In this document: positions 22,331-37,400 of the stretch, one piece after another | How positions within the stretch are numbered: position 1 is the stretch's first letter | How the letters are laid out: every line of letters starts with the position of its first letter | Origin: Histomonas meleagridis 2922-C6/04-290x | Lineage: Eukaryota > Protista > Parabasalia | NCBI GenBank assembly: GCA_020184695.1 | Contig: JAANOX010000097.1 | Span: 62,001-126,000, forward strand | DNA: 64,000 bases | Direction of reading: 5' to 3' | Position numbers and translations under genes: made by a program | The notes under the pieces: model-generated | What the model was told of the DNA's origin: nothing | The model's input: the letters and a program-made list of their open reading frames with translations, nothing else | The model's database searches: none

Positions 22331-23857
22331 GTATTCAATGAATTATTGTGACACGCATTACTTTTTTAATGTATTTTAATCGGACTGTATTTTGCCAAAC
22401 CGTTTTTCATTTATTATTTTCATATAAAATATGTGTCATTTATTGTCGATCGAATTGGAAGTATGATAATTTCTTTATAAAAGTGGGATCGTTTTCTATC
22501 GTTCTGAATTTAAAGTATGATCAAAAACGATAACCCACCATTTCAAATCAAATCATACAAATATTGAATAGGAAGTGGTACTTCTTTTATCCACACTTAT
22601 TTGAGATGTTTACTTACGATCATGTCACATATATGAATATATGAATTGCAGACTCTTAGTATCCGTTGGGCTCTCCTTGGCGCTTAATTATTTCGTTCAG
22701 CCTATTTGGCATCGAATCGACAAGGTTCTTAATCAAGTTTTCATCAATTGAATTCCAAACCTCGAATATTACATTAATCAATTCATCAATAGATTGGGGC
22801 TGTAACTCTTCCACTCTTTTCTTATGTATTGAGTACAAGTTCTCTATGACATTCAAGTCAGGAGAATTTGCTGGCCAGTTCTCAAGAACATTGCATCGAC
22901 TTTTCAAATATTCCATAGTTTTTTTGCTTGTGTGTGAACTTGCTCCATCTTGGAGTAGGGTCCAGCATCCTTCACCATAAACGTTATTGATTCCTCGTAT
23001 CAAGTCAGAACGTACGATGCATTCGTGAATGTATACTTCAGAATCAATGTTCCCTCTGATTGCAATAAGTGGTGTTTTATAATTTTAACTTATTCCACCA
23101 AAGATCATAACCTTTGGGGTGAACTTAGTTTTTTTCCGAAAAACATCCGAACAGATTTCGCCTCTTCTTCTCCACAACCAGCGATGGTTGTTGTCTAAGT
23201 AATAACAGGATTCATCAACAAATAAAACATTTTTCCAGTTTGTATTTTGTTGAATGTGATATTGAGAAAAACTGATTCGCTTTTGTTTTTGATCATTGGT
23301 AAGCAAGAATGTTTCCTTTGGAGGCGAATAATTACACCCAAGGCTATTTCTTACTTTGTACACTGTGCCATAACTAATTTTATTTTCTTCTGATAACAGA
23401 TCAGCTATTGTTCGGGTTCCCATTCTCCTGTTATTAATAGTCATATTGTTGACCTTATTTGTTAATTCCGAGTTAATGATGGAAGGTCTTCCAATATAAG
23501 AATTTTGGTGAAAAACAGAATTATTCAATAAATCATTGCGAACCATTCGAACAAGTTTTCTGCAATGACCTGTTTCTCTCTCGATCTCAGAGTTATTTTT
23601 TCCCTGTGAGATGAGCTGTATCACTTCTAGGCGCCTCTGAATCATAGATTGACTCATCTTAAACCCAGATTCCATGGAATAATTAATTATAAACGGTATC
23701 CATTCAATTAGGTGACGTATCGTTTTTGATCAAGCTTTAGAACCCTTTAAAAATCGATTGAGAGAATATAGAGGTTTGGTCTGCGGTTGTGTAATTGATC
23801 CACTTCTATTTTTGATTCAATATATTTTATGGATAGAAATGACTGTTCATTAAATAC
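22331..23857 (-). mobile_element. Tc1-family (DD34E) transposon; transposase 22656-23675 with one premature TAA
   Basis: VDES, QDGASSH and SPDLNVIEN with 34-residue D-E spacing; both ORFs are in one frame; inverted repeats 22518-22532/23718-23732 and TA-flanked 22329-22342/23846-23859 (outer ends tentative). Confidence 0.8.
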
Positions 23858-23900
23858 TAAAATGATTTTGTTAGTTTAATCAAATTTAAGCATTTTACCA

Positions 23901-23904
<4 letters not shown>

Positions 23905-23970
<66 letters not shown>
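23905..23970. repeat. (CA)33 microsatellite
   Basis: Direct reading. Confidence 0.95.
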
Positions 23971-23975
<5 letters not shown>

Positions 23976-25418
23976 CGCGAATTAAGCTATCTAAATAATC
24001 TAAAAATTCTATAATATTATTTATAACTTGTAAAAGTGAGATTAAAGTCAAAAAAAAGAAGCATTATATTACACAGAAAAGAAGTTTTTGTTTTTCTCTA
24101 AATTAATTGATACCATATTCTTTGGAGGAAATTACTAGCTGTTATATAGCCAAAGACTCATTCGATTATATGATAACTAATTTCATTAGGCATATGAAAA
24201 AGTAGAAATTTCAAATATGTTATTTCGAATTTCGATAAAATAAAATCTCATATATCGAAATTATCAAAGATTTTCGAAAGAGAATATTTTATGAAAAATA
24301 CCGAGCCAAAGGCGTAAGAATTCAACTTCTTTGCCCCAAAATAGCAAGACTTACTTCTAGAGGTGAAAGTGCCACAATTGGATGTACTACTCTATTATAC
24401 ATTAATTGGGCTTCGTTTAATGTTTCAATGTTTTCAAAATATTTACTGTTGATCCAATCTTCAGAGAAATCTTCTTCAGATTCTCATATTAAATCTGAAA
24501 CAACTTGTTCGGGATACTAAAATAGGTGTGATCTTAGAAAAGCCTCTTGAGTTCGACAAACAATTTAAATTTGCGATTCCATCCATAATATCTTGAATTA
24601 AAATGCTTTGTTCTTCAAAGCATTAATATGAGTCACTTCCTCCTGCATAATTTCGGCACCAAGGGAGTCCAAGAGCTGATTATGTTAAACATCTGCATAG
24701 GGCTTATCTGTTGCTCAGCTGATATTGTGAAATTATATAATCATGGCTTGCACCCATTTTTCTAGTGTTAACTATTTGCTATTGCTCTTCAGACATCCAT
24801 AAGGGACGTATAACTTGCATTCGATAATTTGCAACGATATTATTAAGTACTCTAATACATTTAATACTAAATATTAAACTCGACTTGCGATTTCCACCCA
24901 TCGTATATAGCGATCATCTTACGATCTTGATATCATTAATATATAATATATATACATTATTACATCTATGATTAATATATATCTAAGAATAATATCATAA
25001 TTATCACGAAATAAATCTGTCCTCTCATTCCAAAAAGTGACAATAATCGACTTTTGCATGGTTTATATCAAACGATAGAAGCAACGATAAGTGACGATAG
25101 AAGCGAATTTGAATGACAGTAAATATAATCAAAATTTTACTTTTTCCTCGAAAAGATACGTTATTTATTTACATCATTGTCAACAGCCAAATTAAATGAT
25201 TTTTGATTTGTTAAAATAATAAAAATATTGATATTTTATCATAGAATCGTGATTTGTTATTTATTCCATAGATTTTATAAAATCTTGATTTTCTTGAATT
25301 TATGAATTCATCGAAAAAAATGAATGATGTGATAATTTTTTTGATACCTTAATGGTGTACTTATTTAACCTGATTAATAATTTGTAATCGATAAAATAGT
25401 TTCTGTATAAATCCATTC

Positions 25419-26936
25419 TTGAAATATCTTGATACAAACTATATAATTATTGAGTTTTTGAATTTAATTGAACGAGATGTAAATAAAAATCAAGTTAAAA
25501 TAATTGACATCTTTTCTCAATTCCCTCGGAAAAATAACTCACAAGAATCTAATTATCTTATCGAAAAGTTGATTGAAATAGGTTTAATTAACTCATCGAT
25601 CACTAAAAATATGAAAAATTTATTTTTTTCACATTTTAAAGCACATTTCGTTTTAAACCATTGTTATCAATTTTCTGAATATTTCTCCAATAACCTTGAA
25701 AAACTTAAAGCGAATAATTGGGACCTTCATCAGACATATGTTAAAGAAGGAATAAATCAGAATGAAATCGCAACAATAATTCGTAATGATGAAGTCGAAA
25801 AACTTCAAGAAATATCATCACAAACAAATTTTAATTTTAATCAAACAATTGAGCCATCACTTTATGAAAGATATTCGTTTATTAACAAACCAAATGTTAC
25901 ATTAATTGATTATGCAGCATTTTTTTCTTCAGTTAAATGTTTTAAATATTTACTTATGAATGGAGCAAATGTAATAAACACAGGTAAATATGCAATTGCA
26001 GGTGGGAATGAAGAAATCATTCATTTATGTGAACAAAATCATTCAACATTTGATAATGCATGTGAAGCAGCAATAGAATTTCATCGAAATGATATCTTTA
26101 AATATTTTTATGATAATAAGTTAAAAGAAATTAAGAATTTAGAAGAATTAGGAGCAAAATGTGTTTTACATGATAATTATGAACTTTTATCATTTTTACT
26201 TAAAGAAGGAATGAAAATAAATGAAAATATTCTCATTGCTTCAATCATAACAGGGAATTTATATATTACTCAATATTTTCTCGAAAGTAATCATAATATT
26301 CCTATTGATTTTTTGAAAATTTCGGGGTTTTCTGGAAATGTAGAACTTTATAACTATTTAATTAACAATAGATACATTGATTTTAGCAAGATTGTTTGCT
26401 TATTTCATTAGATTTTTATTATAATATTCCATCGTTTTTAAATTTTTTTTTAAATATTTTTAGCACTAACAAATGCTTCAAAAAATGATTGTACAGAAAT
26501 AGTTAAATTAATTCTTGAACATGAAGGAATTGATATTAATGCTAAAGATATTTATTTGTTTTATTTGAGATTTTTTTGTTTTATTTTATATTTATTTTCA
26601 TAATTTTGGATTTCAAAATAATATTTGGAAATTATTTAAATTATTTAATACAGCACTTATTTGGGCATCTAAAAATGGTCATACAGAAATAGTTAAATTA
26701 CTTCTTGAACAATAAGGAATTGATATTAATGCTAAAGATATTTTTTTGTTTTATTTAAAATATTTTGAAATAATATGAAATTTCATATAAACATTTGGAA
26801 TTACTTATAAACATATAAAACAGCGCTTATGATAGCATCAGAAAAGAAAAATGCAGAAATTATTCGATTATTTGCAGACAAAATTCAACATCATAAATGT
26901 GACGACATAATAAAATTAAAAGATTCTCAAGGATAA
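25419..26936 (+). pseudogene. DUF3447-ankyrin gene B (5' end eroded; TAA inside one module)
   Basis: DUF3447 core; spacers 26394-26459 (66), 26550-26649 (100), 26740-26819 (80); GAA-CAA-TAA-GGA in module 2. Confidence 0.65.
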
Positions 26937-27830
26937 AAGAGGTAATATTTAAATATTGAAATAAACATTTCCTAAATTCACTTTGTTTTCATATATTATT
27001 ATTAACACATTAAATTTGATTAATATTATTATTATATGAATCAAAATTTGATAAATAGAATATTTTATATCATATTTCATTGTATGATTTTCATATAATT
27101 TGATGATAATTTTTGTGAAAAAAATGATGAAAAATTCATAACAACAAAAAATTAATTATTATTCATAGTATTATTTACTCTTGAAGTTTGATAGAAATCT
27201 ATTATATACACCTTATTATTTTTAGTCCCATAATACAAAATATTTGTGATAAATTGTATTTCCAGAGCATAACGGTCGTTTCCATTGAATTATTGTATAG
27301 TTTATGCTTTCAAATTTTTTTCGATAAGTGACGCTTTACGCCAAGTAAAATTAAATCAATAAAATTGAATGAAATAAGTGCCGTTTTGTATCATATAAAA
27401 TTAAATTAGAAAAATTAGAATGTGATAATTGTCGTTTCGCATTGATCAAAATTGGATAAAAAGAATTCAATCATGAATAATTAAATTTATGTATTCATTT
27501 GCAACCAAAAACTCTCAGAATTATTTGAAATTCAATTGCAAAAACGTAAGTACTTTCGATTTTCTATGCTCACAAAAATGTGATAAGATTTTTCTACACA
27601 ATTACTTCAAAAAGCGAGAATTTCGAATTTTATATAATTCCATTTGAAAATCAAAAAAGTGGCAATTTTGAGTGAGAGAAAAAAATCAATCACTCATATT
27701 TCAACAAGTGAACAAAATTTTGAAAAATAATAAAACGCACATAGAGTTCATACATCATTTTTCTTGATCGAGAGGATGTCGAGAAAAGGGGGGGGGGTGG
27801 GGTCAGGACTTTTTGCACTTCCGATATATA

Positions 27831-29133
27831 TAGGGTGTCCAACCCCAAGTGTAGCATCTCATTATACAAATAAAATTTAAATGAACTAAAATAATGATTA
27901 GAATGTTTACTTGATATACTCTCCTTTGGTATGTATTAATTGTTCCAATCTCCTTTCCCATTTTCAAAAACCCGTTTTAACATATCGGTTGGTATTTGTT
28001 GTAAAATATCAGTTATACATTTTTTTACCTCCTTTCTTGATTCGTATGATTGATTTTCCATTTTATTTTTGATATAGCCAAATAGGAAGAAATCTGATGG
28101 TGCTATATCTGGTGAATAAGGAGGATGAGGTGCTCTTTTAAGACCTTTAATATTCATTATTATATTAGTTGTGTGCTTCGATATGTGAGGATGTGCATTA
28201 TCGGCATGGACGGTTAATCTTCTTCCTTCATTATCTAAATATTCCCCATTTAATTTTGAAAGTTCCTTAATAATATTATTTGCATAATACTTCGAATTAA
28301 ATGTTTCGCCTTTTGGAAGAAAGTTAATAACCTTTATTCCGCTTGGATTCCAAAAAGCCGTCAGCATAATTTTTTTATCTGTTAAAACCTTATTTGGACG
28401 TGTTTGAGGCTGACTTCCGATGGGTATTTATTGTTGAGAAGGATAATATGAATATTCAAACCAAGACTCGTCTCCTGTAACGAAATATATATAATTGTTA
28501 TGTATGGCTGAATTCAGAATCTTAATAAGTGTCTTTGAGATTGTTACCCTTTGAATTTTTTGTTTTTCTGAGATACTGTGGGGAACCCACTTTAAATGCA
28601 AGCTTACATAAAAGAGCATATTTGTTAAATGATAATATACCGTACTTTTTGGAATCCCCGTAGTGTTAGCTATATAACGAACAGATGCAAATGGCTCTTC
28701 ATCAAGTACATACAAAATTTTTTCATTAATGATTCTGTGTTCATCGAAATTTGCATTTGGAGTTTCCTTGTTAACGGTTTTTGATGTTTTGCAATTTCTA
28801 TTATATTTTGTAATTGTTGAATATGAAATACATTGATCTTGAAGAGTCAACTTCATTTCTGTATATATTGATTTTTTATTTTTCCCTTGTGAGTGTAAGA
28901 AAATCGCAATTGATTTCTGGTCGAGTTCCATTTTGAACTTTTTGATAATTTTAAACGTATATTTTTTCCAATTTACTATCAAAAAAGTTCAAATATCTCA
29001 TTATATCTAATTTTTTATGAAACTTCATATTTATAAAAAATAAAATGTTATATTCATATATTATTTATATATATTTATTAATAATTAAATATGCTCACAT
29101 ATGGAGATGCTACACTTAGGGTTGGACACCCTA
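27831..29133 (-). mobile_element. mariner (DD34D) transposon, 1303 bp, 30-bp TIRs, TA target-site duplication; inactivated transposase
   Basis: TIRs 27831-27860 and 29104-29133 (1 mismatch); WVPH, TGDESW, HADNAHPH, YSPDIAPSDF; premature TAA at 28428-28430 and a 3' frameshift. Confidence 0.95.
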
Positions 29134-31527
29134 TATTAAAATGAAAGAAATTAGAAAAATAAAATCGTAATAGTGAACTAATATTTACAAAATTTTGAAT
29201 ATTAAAAATAGCATTTAAAAATAAAAACAAACTCTATAACTTTTCATTATGATTTTTTCGAAATTATTGTTTCAGGAAAAATTTTCACATTACCTATCTT
29301 TGTTATTATCATTAATGATTTATGTTTTTTAATATAAATTATATTTGTTATTACTGATTGTAATGAAATTCTTGGATCATAAATATTCAAATAAAAAGCT
29401 CCGCATGATTAAAATGAATCATTTACGATTATTTTACTTAAATTTTCATTAATTACTAAATCAAATTCATTTTTATTAAATATAATATAAAATACATAAA
29501 GAATAAACTAATGGAATTTCAGGAAGAACGGGTCCTATTCTCTAAATGGTCGTTTGACACCAAATAAAATTATCTCGTAGTTCTCATTATTTTAATTATT
29601 AAAAAATATATATCAAAAATTAATAATAACAGTAGATAATATTCTTATATCTTTAAAAGACAAAAACTTATATTTAAAGATTTGACACTCAAAAATCAAA
29701 TAAATATATCTTCATATAAAATTGGTTTACGCAAATGATAATAGGTGTTTTATATATTTCATTATATATTATTTTGCATATTAAAAATCAAATTTTTATA
29801 AGAGAATTATTGACTTTCTAGTTAAAATTGAAAAGTCAGAAAATTATTTTGCGACTATTTCGATAATGATAATAGATATCAAAATTCTGTCTTCTAGAAA
29901 ATTAGTTTTTTATGGCATTTCTACAAATATGTATATTTATTTGATATCTAAAAAAATGAGACCTGTAGCCAATCAGGAAATTTTTTACTGATTTCTGAGA
30001 CAGGGTTGACTTTTTCACTAAAATTATACGTTGAAGGGTCACTTTACCCCCCTTGTATTCAATTTGCAGTTATAAACTTGACATAAAATAAAAATATTTT
30101 TATGAAAATATAATATATATGCATATATTTATATATATTAAAATATTTAATTATTTATTTATCATAGTTGATAAAAAATTATGCTTTATTGAACTAAATA
30201 TAAAATCATTTCACACAAAAGGCTCTAAGTAAATTGACTTGTTTTTTATGATCTTCCAATCTAACGTTAATTCGTGATTACTTTGGGTCCCAGACTGGGA
30301 CTCCCATCATATAAATAAAGCTTAACCAGATGTATATATTTTTGAGTAGTTTATTTGATTTAGAAACTGAAATCTAATTGTACCGATCATTTTTAATACA
30401 AAAAAATGAAAATATAAATATAAATATCTCTATTTAGAATTGATTATAGTGTAAAAAAAGATATATATAATAAAATATATCATATGTTATTTAATTATGA
30501 ATAAAATATATAAAATTCATAAGAAAATTAGAATAAAACCCGTTCTTTTCAGGAAGTAAATTTATTAATTATTGATAAATACCGGACACGAAAATCTATC
30601 CATCGGCCGGAAATTTCTGTCTTGTTAACAAATTTCATATTTCTCTTCAGAATTTTTCATTATTTTTTTGTGGATAATCATTGATTTCATATTTGATATT
30701 ATTGGTGGTGAAGAAATATATTGTGAAATTTTCAGTAATAATACATCAAAATAACTTTCATTACATTGAATACAATTATAAATCGAATAATTACACAAAA
30801 TGCAGAATCAATTTAAATATTTTTATGTGTTTTCTTCACTTTCAATTACACTTAATATTAATAAAATTAATGAATGAACATGTATAAAAAACATGGAAGA
30901 TGAATGAATAGTTCAACTTCCTCTTGCTATAATTTTTATTAAACAAGATAAGGTTTATTCATTAACACCAATATTTTTTATAGTTGAATGTAATTGATTA
31001 TTCGATGATGAATGTTAAAAAAAATGTCAAAACTTTAAAAAAAATTGTTTCGAACAAAAATGTATATTATAATTTATAAATGTAGGTATTAAAGATGAAC
31101 AATATAATGATGATTTTGGGTTGTGTGTGGTTGCATCATTAAAATATTCTAATAATCGTAAAGGTAAATCTTTAAATGAAACATCGACCAAGAATTTTAA
31201 AATAAATGAATTTTCCTGATAAAATACCTGATTAACTAACAAGCTTGTTTGGCTATTAATTCAGGTCGAAGCTTATCATGTCATAAAAAATAATTGATCT
31301 CATCAAACAAAATAAAGAAATCGTTTATTATACGCTCCAACGTAGAAACATATTCGAAATTTGAGAAAATACATGCATGGGGAATCTGAAAAAAAAAATA
31401 TAATTAATTAATAAAATAATGAAAATATTAAAATGAATTCAAAAAAATAATATAGCAAATCATAATATATCGAAATACTTCATAAAAAAAATATTTTAGA
31501 ATTTTTTTTTAAAATTACAAAATACAG

Positions 31528-32216
31528 ATGGCCACCATTGAAGCCCGTTTGTTTCCAATTATAACAAAGTTAGTCAATTTGCTCGAATGCTTCTAAGACG
31601 TTTTTTTTTATTCTAACAAACAGGACTTGAAAGACTTCATACGCTTATTGAGCGTCGGTACAGCGCCATTTCAAGAATGGAGTCCAAAAGCGAAGCTGCC
31701 AAAAAGTTAATCACAAAAACTTTATCGGATCCATCAATTATCAAACCACCTACCACACACTTGGAACGTACCAAAGGATTTATATCCACAGGAGATCTAG
31801 ATGCTGAGTCACAAATTATTTTAGATTTTGCAGCACAACGTGTTGAAGCAGCTCGATCACTTGTTGAGATATTAAACAATGCAGAAGAAGAAATCATGAA
31901 GGAAATACGGCTTACAGAATCGTCCCTTATTGAAACCCATAAACTTAAGGACGGTTCACTTATTGGCGAAACTCCATTTCCAATTCCTGCAAATACAACT
32001 CCAGATGATCACTTCTGTATTTGCCGCGGTCAGCAAGTTGGAGATATGGTTAGTTGTGATAATCCATCATGTCCATTCCAATGGTTTCATATTGAATGCG
32101 TTGGATTGCGGGCGCTTCCTGAGAGTAGTTGGTTTTGTCCATGCTGCGCTTCTCTTTTGAGAAAGGTGGAAACAATGGACGAAGAAATTAATCAGGAAAT
32201 AGAAGAACAAAACTGA
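31528..32216 (+). CDS. ING-type PHD-finger protein; exons 31528-31546, 31570-31599, 31624-32216
   Basis: FCICRGQQVGDMVSCDNPSCPFQWFHIECVGL...WFCPCC; two micro-introns extend the ORF to MATIEALSQFARMLLRRLERLH... Confidence 0.8.
31547..31569 (+). other. 23-nt spliceosomal micro-intron
   Basis: GTTTGTTTCCAATTATAACAAAG; removal shifts the frame correctly into exon 2. Confidence 0.65.
31600..31623 (+). other. 24-nt spliceosomal micro-intron
   Basis: GT, T-run, then ATTCTAACAAACAG; contains an in-frame TAA; TCTAAC...CAG 3' motif. Confidence 0.75.
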
Positions 32217-32769
32217 TTAATTTCAAAAATTTGAAATAAAAATTTGTTATATGTTCAAATACTAGAATTAAAATATCCAAATATTTGCTATAAGTTTCGG
32301 ATTTGGTTCTTTTAATAAGTTTATGTAAACAAATATATTATTAATTTGTCGACTTTTTCTTTTTTAAAAAAATTACTTAATTTCAAAAATCAGCTTAATT
32401 CCAGAAGGAAATCAAATTTTGTTGATTAAATCTAATGAAATTTCTAGAAATTTATAGGATTTAAAAATTAATCAATACATTGTATGTCATTTTTAAAAAA
32501 TATATATTAATTATTTAGAATCAATTCAAACAGTAGGAGAAATGAAAAAATAATACAAAAATCATTAAGTTTTTTATTAAATACATATTTAAAAATCATC
32601 CTAATTCATATTATATAATTGGAAAATTGATTCATTTATTGCCAAAAGCATAAATTGATATTATTTCGCTCAATATAAAAAAAAATGAGAAATCAAAAAA
32701 ATGTCGAATGTTTGTCAATTTGGTAAAGATTATTTTTTAAAAAAATTTAAATAAACTTTCAAAGAATTA

Positions 32770-34100
32770 TCGGGAACTACATAATCCAATACATTAAAGA
32801 AGTACATAATCCAAATGAATTAGTAAAAATAATTCGAAATGATGAAATAGAAAAACTTCAAGAAATATCATCACAAACAAATTTTGATTTTAATCAAACA
32901 ATTGAACCATCAATTTATGAAAGATGTGAGTATATTAATGAAGAAAATGTTACATTAAATGATTATGCAGCATTTTTTTCATCAGTTAAATGTTTTAAAT
33001 ATTTACTTATGAATGGCGCAAAAGTAGAAAATGCAGGTAAATATGCAATTGCAGGCGGAAATGAAGAAATCATTCATTTATGTGAACAAAATCATGCATC
33101 ATTTGAAGGTTCATATGAAACAGCAATTAAATTTCACCAAAATGATATCTTTAAATATCTTTTTGAAAAGAAAATTGAGAAAAATAATAACTTAGAAGAA
33201 TTAGGAAAAAAAAATGTATTTCATATAATAACTATGAGATTTTTGCATTTTTAAAATAAGAAGAAATGAAAATTAATAATAGTATTATTAATGTGTCAGC
33301 AAAAACTGGTAATTTATTTCTTATTAAATACTTACTTCAGTTTTGTCAAATTCCAAAAGATATTTAAGTTTTTTCCGCAAAATCAGGAAATATTGAATTA
33401 GTAAAATATATCTTAGATAAGAAAGTTATTGACATTAATATTCAGAATATTTATTTCATTTGTTTAATTTTTATTTTTATAACTTTATATTTTAAAACAA
33501 TATTTAGAAATTGTATAAAATATTTGTAACTGCACTTATCAATGAATAGTTTAAAGGATATAAAAAAATAGTCAACTTACTTCTTGAACAAGAAGATATT
33601 AATATTAATGCTAAAGATATTTGTATATTTTATATGGTCTTTATTTTTACAATTTCGTATTTTATTATGATATTTATTGATTAATTAAAATATTTCAAAC
33701 AGCGCTTATAACGGCATATGAAAATGATAATACAGAAATAGTAAAATTACTTCTTGAACAAGAAGGAATTGATGTTAATGCGAAAAATATTTAAAAATTT
33801 TATTTGGGAATAATTTAAAAACTTTATATCTCACAATTATGTTTGGAAATTATTTAAATCAGTCCTCATGATGGCATCTGAAAAAGGTCACACGGAAATT
33901 GTTAAATTGCTTCTTGAGAAATGCGGAATAGATGTTAATATTAAAGATGTTTATTTATATTATTTAATGCTTCTCTTTTTAAATTTGGATTTAAAAATAA
34001 TATTTGGGAATTATTTGAAATATTTCAAACAGCACTTATGAAGGCTTTATTTAAAGGTTATGGAGGAATCGTTAACCTACTTACTAAAAAAAGAAATTAA
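32770..34100 (+). pseudogene. DUF3447-ankyrin gene C, multiply frameshifted
   Basis: Broken DUF3447 core; spacers 33449-33528 (80), 33619-33698 (80), 33789-33858 (70), 33949-34028 (80). Confidence 0.75.
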
Positions 34101-34472
34101 TATTAAATTTATTTAACACAAGGTATTGAAGTTAGTTAGGTAATGTTTATATAAATTAATTTTTTATTTTAATATTTTATAAATTATGAATTATATTTAA
34201 AAAAATATTTTTATTAAATTGCATAACGAAAACAAAGTAATTTTATCTTTCTAAATGGTGAATTACAAAAAAAGAACACCTTTATCTTAGTATAAAAAAC
34301 AAAGGAAAATTTATTGTTATATTTATTAGATAAGTGAAAAGAAAAATTCTTTCATATTTAATCAAGAATATTTCATCGTAAAATAAACTTTTTGAAAGAT
34401 TCGATCGTTAAAATTTCTATCGTTAGTTCAAAGTAAATCGGTTAAAAGTGTTTGAATACAAAGGGAAATTTG

Positions 34473-37400
34473 ATGAGTTGCCAAATCAACTTTTCCCATA
34501 TTATTGGCTTATCTCCGAATTCCCCAAGGATATATGCAAGCACAGTACACATAAAAGAACAACCAAATTATTTTGCTTTTGCGTGTAATCATTTGATTTT
34601 TATTTTTGATAGATCAAATTTTGACTACAAAATGATACAAACACCAGACCAAACGGCGTGCATTACATCCATAGCATTTTCAGGGGGCAAATATTTATTC
34701 TGTTGTAATTCAAATGGAGTAATTTATACATATTCTCAAAAATCTCTTGAAGCTGAACCAATACATACAGGACACTTATGTTGTTTTCCTACATCAATTG
34801 CAGCGACTCCCAATGAAATATTTTATACCCATGAATATTCCTTATATTATGTTCAAATTGAAGATTATCTAAATGATTCAGCAACACCTTTTTTAATGAC
34901 AGACACGCATATTCATTCCGAGCTTGCTGTTTCTCCATGTAGTCGAGCAATTGCATCATTTACAAAAAATGGCCCACCACCATTAATCTGGTTTTCGCCC
35001 TTTAATAAAAAAAAGCGTTTTACAATTCCCCAAAACTCGAATGTCGTTGACTTTAAATGGGGACTATCGGAATCCTTAACGTGCGTAACCGCCAACGCCG
35101 ATGGGACGGTTAGAGTTTGGGTCGAAGCCACTGATTCTCTTCATTTACGGTGTTCTTCATGGTTTTATTGTGACAACCCCATATCATATGTTAACATATG
35201 TATTCCTAAACAGAAATGGTCACAAATCTATGAGTTTCATCCGGCCTCATCACAAAAGCATTGCATATTACCACAGATTGAAAAGCCCAAATATATGATC
35301 TTTGTTGGGACTAAGAGTGAAACAAACAACACGTTAATACTCTCAGAGATCCAGCAGCCACGAATGGACAAAATTGCGTCGATTACATTACATTTAAGTT
35401 CGTCATCAATTGGCTCATGTTGTGATTTAGATTATTCATATTCACAAAAATCAATCTGCAAAACAATAACAGCGACATACTTCTCTGAGGAATCATTAAC
35501 ATTTTACAAAATCGAGATTCTCGAAGGAAACATTTCTGTTTCGATTCCATTTAAAATTCCATTTTTCACATCACATGTCACCCAGATTTTGACAAATCAG
35601 AATCAAAATTTATTGACGAAAATGAGTGATAATAAAATCATAAATTGGAGTAATAATGGGAGGGTTGAAGAAAATGAAGATAAAATTCTATTTGAAAATG
35701 GATATTTTAATATTGAAAATGATGATATATCATATGTCAAAAATAATAAAATTATGTCAAAACATAAAATAGAATTTGTGCCAACTAAAATGAAGTATAA
35801 AATATTTGATGATGAAGTAATGTTTGTCTTTGCGAATAAAGGCAAATCAATTGTAATATTTTATCAAAAAAGTTTTAATGTAATACAAACAGAAGAATTA
35901 AATTATGATATAAATAATATAACAATTCATTCAACAGATTTGTTTTTGTTGTCTTCATCGGATGTTATCACTTCGTTTTTATATCAACAAAATAAATATC
36001 GAAAATTTGCTTCATCAAATATCCGAAATGAATTAATAACATTTTTACCTAATCCTCAAATATTAATTGCTGTTAGTTATAATACAAATATTTCATTTTA
36101 TTATATAACACAAAACTCATTCGTATTAAATAATCAAATTATTACATTAAAAAACATTTCGATGGAATATATAAATAAAAGTTTAATATGTGCAACAAAT
36201 AATTGCATTTATCGAATATTTATACCTCAATCGACTTTTAAGAAACCGATTCCAAATGACTCAAACTATATACTTTATACAGCTATTTCATTATGTATGT
36301 TTTCGATCATCCAAGAATTCATTTATAATAAAATTCCTTCGTTAAATTCATTTGTAACTGAAATTCAAGCAGAGCAATTCAATTTTCAGACGAACTCAAA
36401 AAATTTGATCGTAAACAACTTTTTAAAGCATTTACCAGAAAAGTGGCAGAATATTGATGATAATGGAATGAAATTTTTATTTTCATATATTATCACCAAA
36501 ATTAATCCAAAAGTATTGAATTATATACCAATCTTTTCATTATGGGCATATTTATCACGAGATCAAAAATTATTAATTGATTATTTAAACATTAAAACAG
36601 TGAATGAATTATGTGAAATCTATTTTCCATTATGGGCCAAAGATAAAGAAACAATTATATATACAATCACAAGACTTGTTACAACGTCAATACCAAATGA
36701 AGACGAATTTGATACATTTATATTATTATGTATTACAATAAATAAATTTAATATTGCGATCCAATTAGCAAAAAAGTTTGGTAATATTCGATTATCCAAT
36801 TTCATTAAGTCAAGAGAAACATTAAAAACAAACAAAATCGAGAAGAACGCATACATCGCACAACAGCAACATCGTTATTCACTTTCTTCGATGTTTTTCC
36901 TCATAATAAACATGAAGCATCAAGCGTCAGTCGTATTAAAGAATACTCCGATGTTAATGATATTAATTTCGCGACTTATTGATGAAGATTCGTGGAAGGA
37001 TAACATCTCTGATATGGTTTATTATAACATTTGGAATGACAAGAAAAACGATGCAATAAATACATTAAAAGAAATGAATTTGAATTGCGACGAAATGTCA
37101 ATTGAAATGCATCGTTATTTAATATTAGAGAAATTGAATGAATGTGATAAATCGCTTCTTTTAAACATACAAAATGTTCCAAATTTCATTATTCGACTTT
37201 TGGAGCCGCATTTAATAAGTAATGAAAATGAAGAAGAAATTGTTGATAAAGAAGATGAAGAAGAAAATGAAAATGAGGAAGAAGAACATAAAAGTGAAAA
37301 GGAAATTCAGAAAAATGAATTCGATTTTTCATTTGGCCAAAATAATTGGGATGACTTCGATGATTATGATGACGATTCTGATGATGAAAGTGATGACGAT

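Noticed and set aside
23857-24051. ORF with a CVCVCV repeat
   Set aside because: Translation of the (CA)n microsatellite
24100-24950. GC-richer tract that may be a decayed gene or hAT-like transposase
   Set aside because: No frame longer than a few dozen codons and no convincing catalytic motif, so it cannot be assigned
27787-27802. G-run next to the mariner TIR as a G-quadruplex element
   Set aside because: A single short homopolymer-like run outside the element with no further support
1576-28430. Stop-codon reassignment suggested by TGA or TAA at Trp-like positions in three transposases and one TAA in an ankyrin module
   Set aside because: Intact housekeeping genes end in both TAA and TGA; the transposases carry other inactivating lesions; AT-biased decay explains the stops
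30285-30305. GTCCCAG-A-CTGGGAC hairpin as a Helitron 3' end
   Set aside because: No downstream CTRR terminus and no associated Rep/helicase remnant
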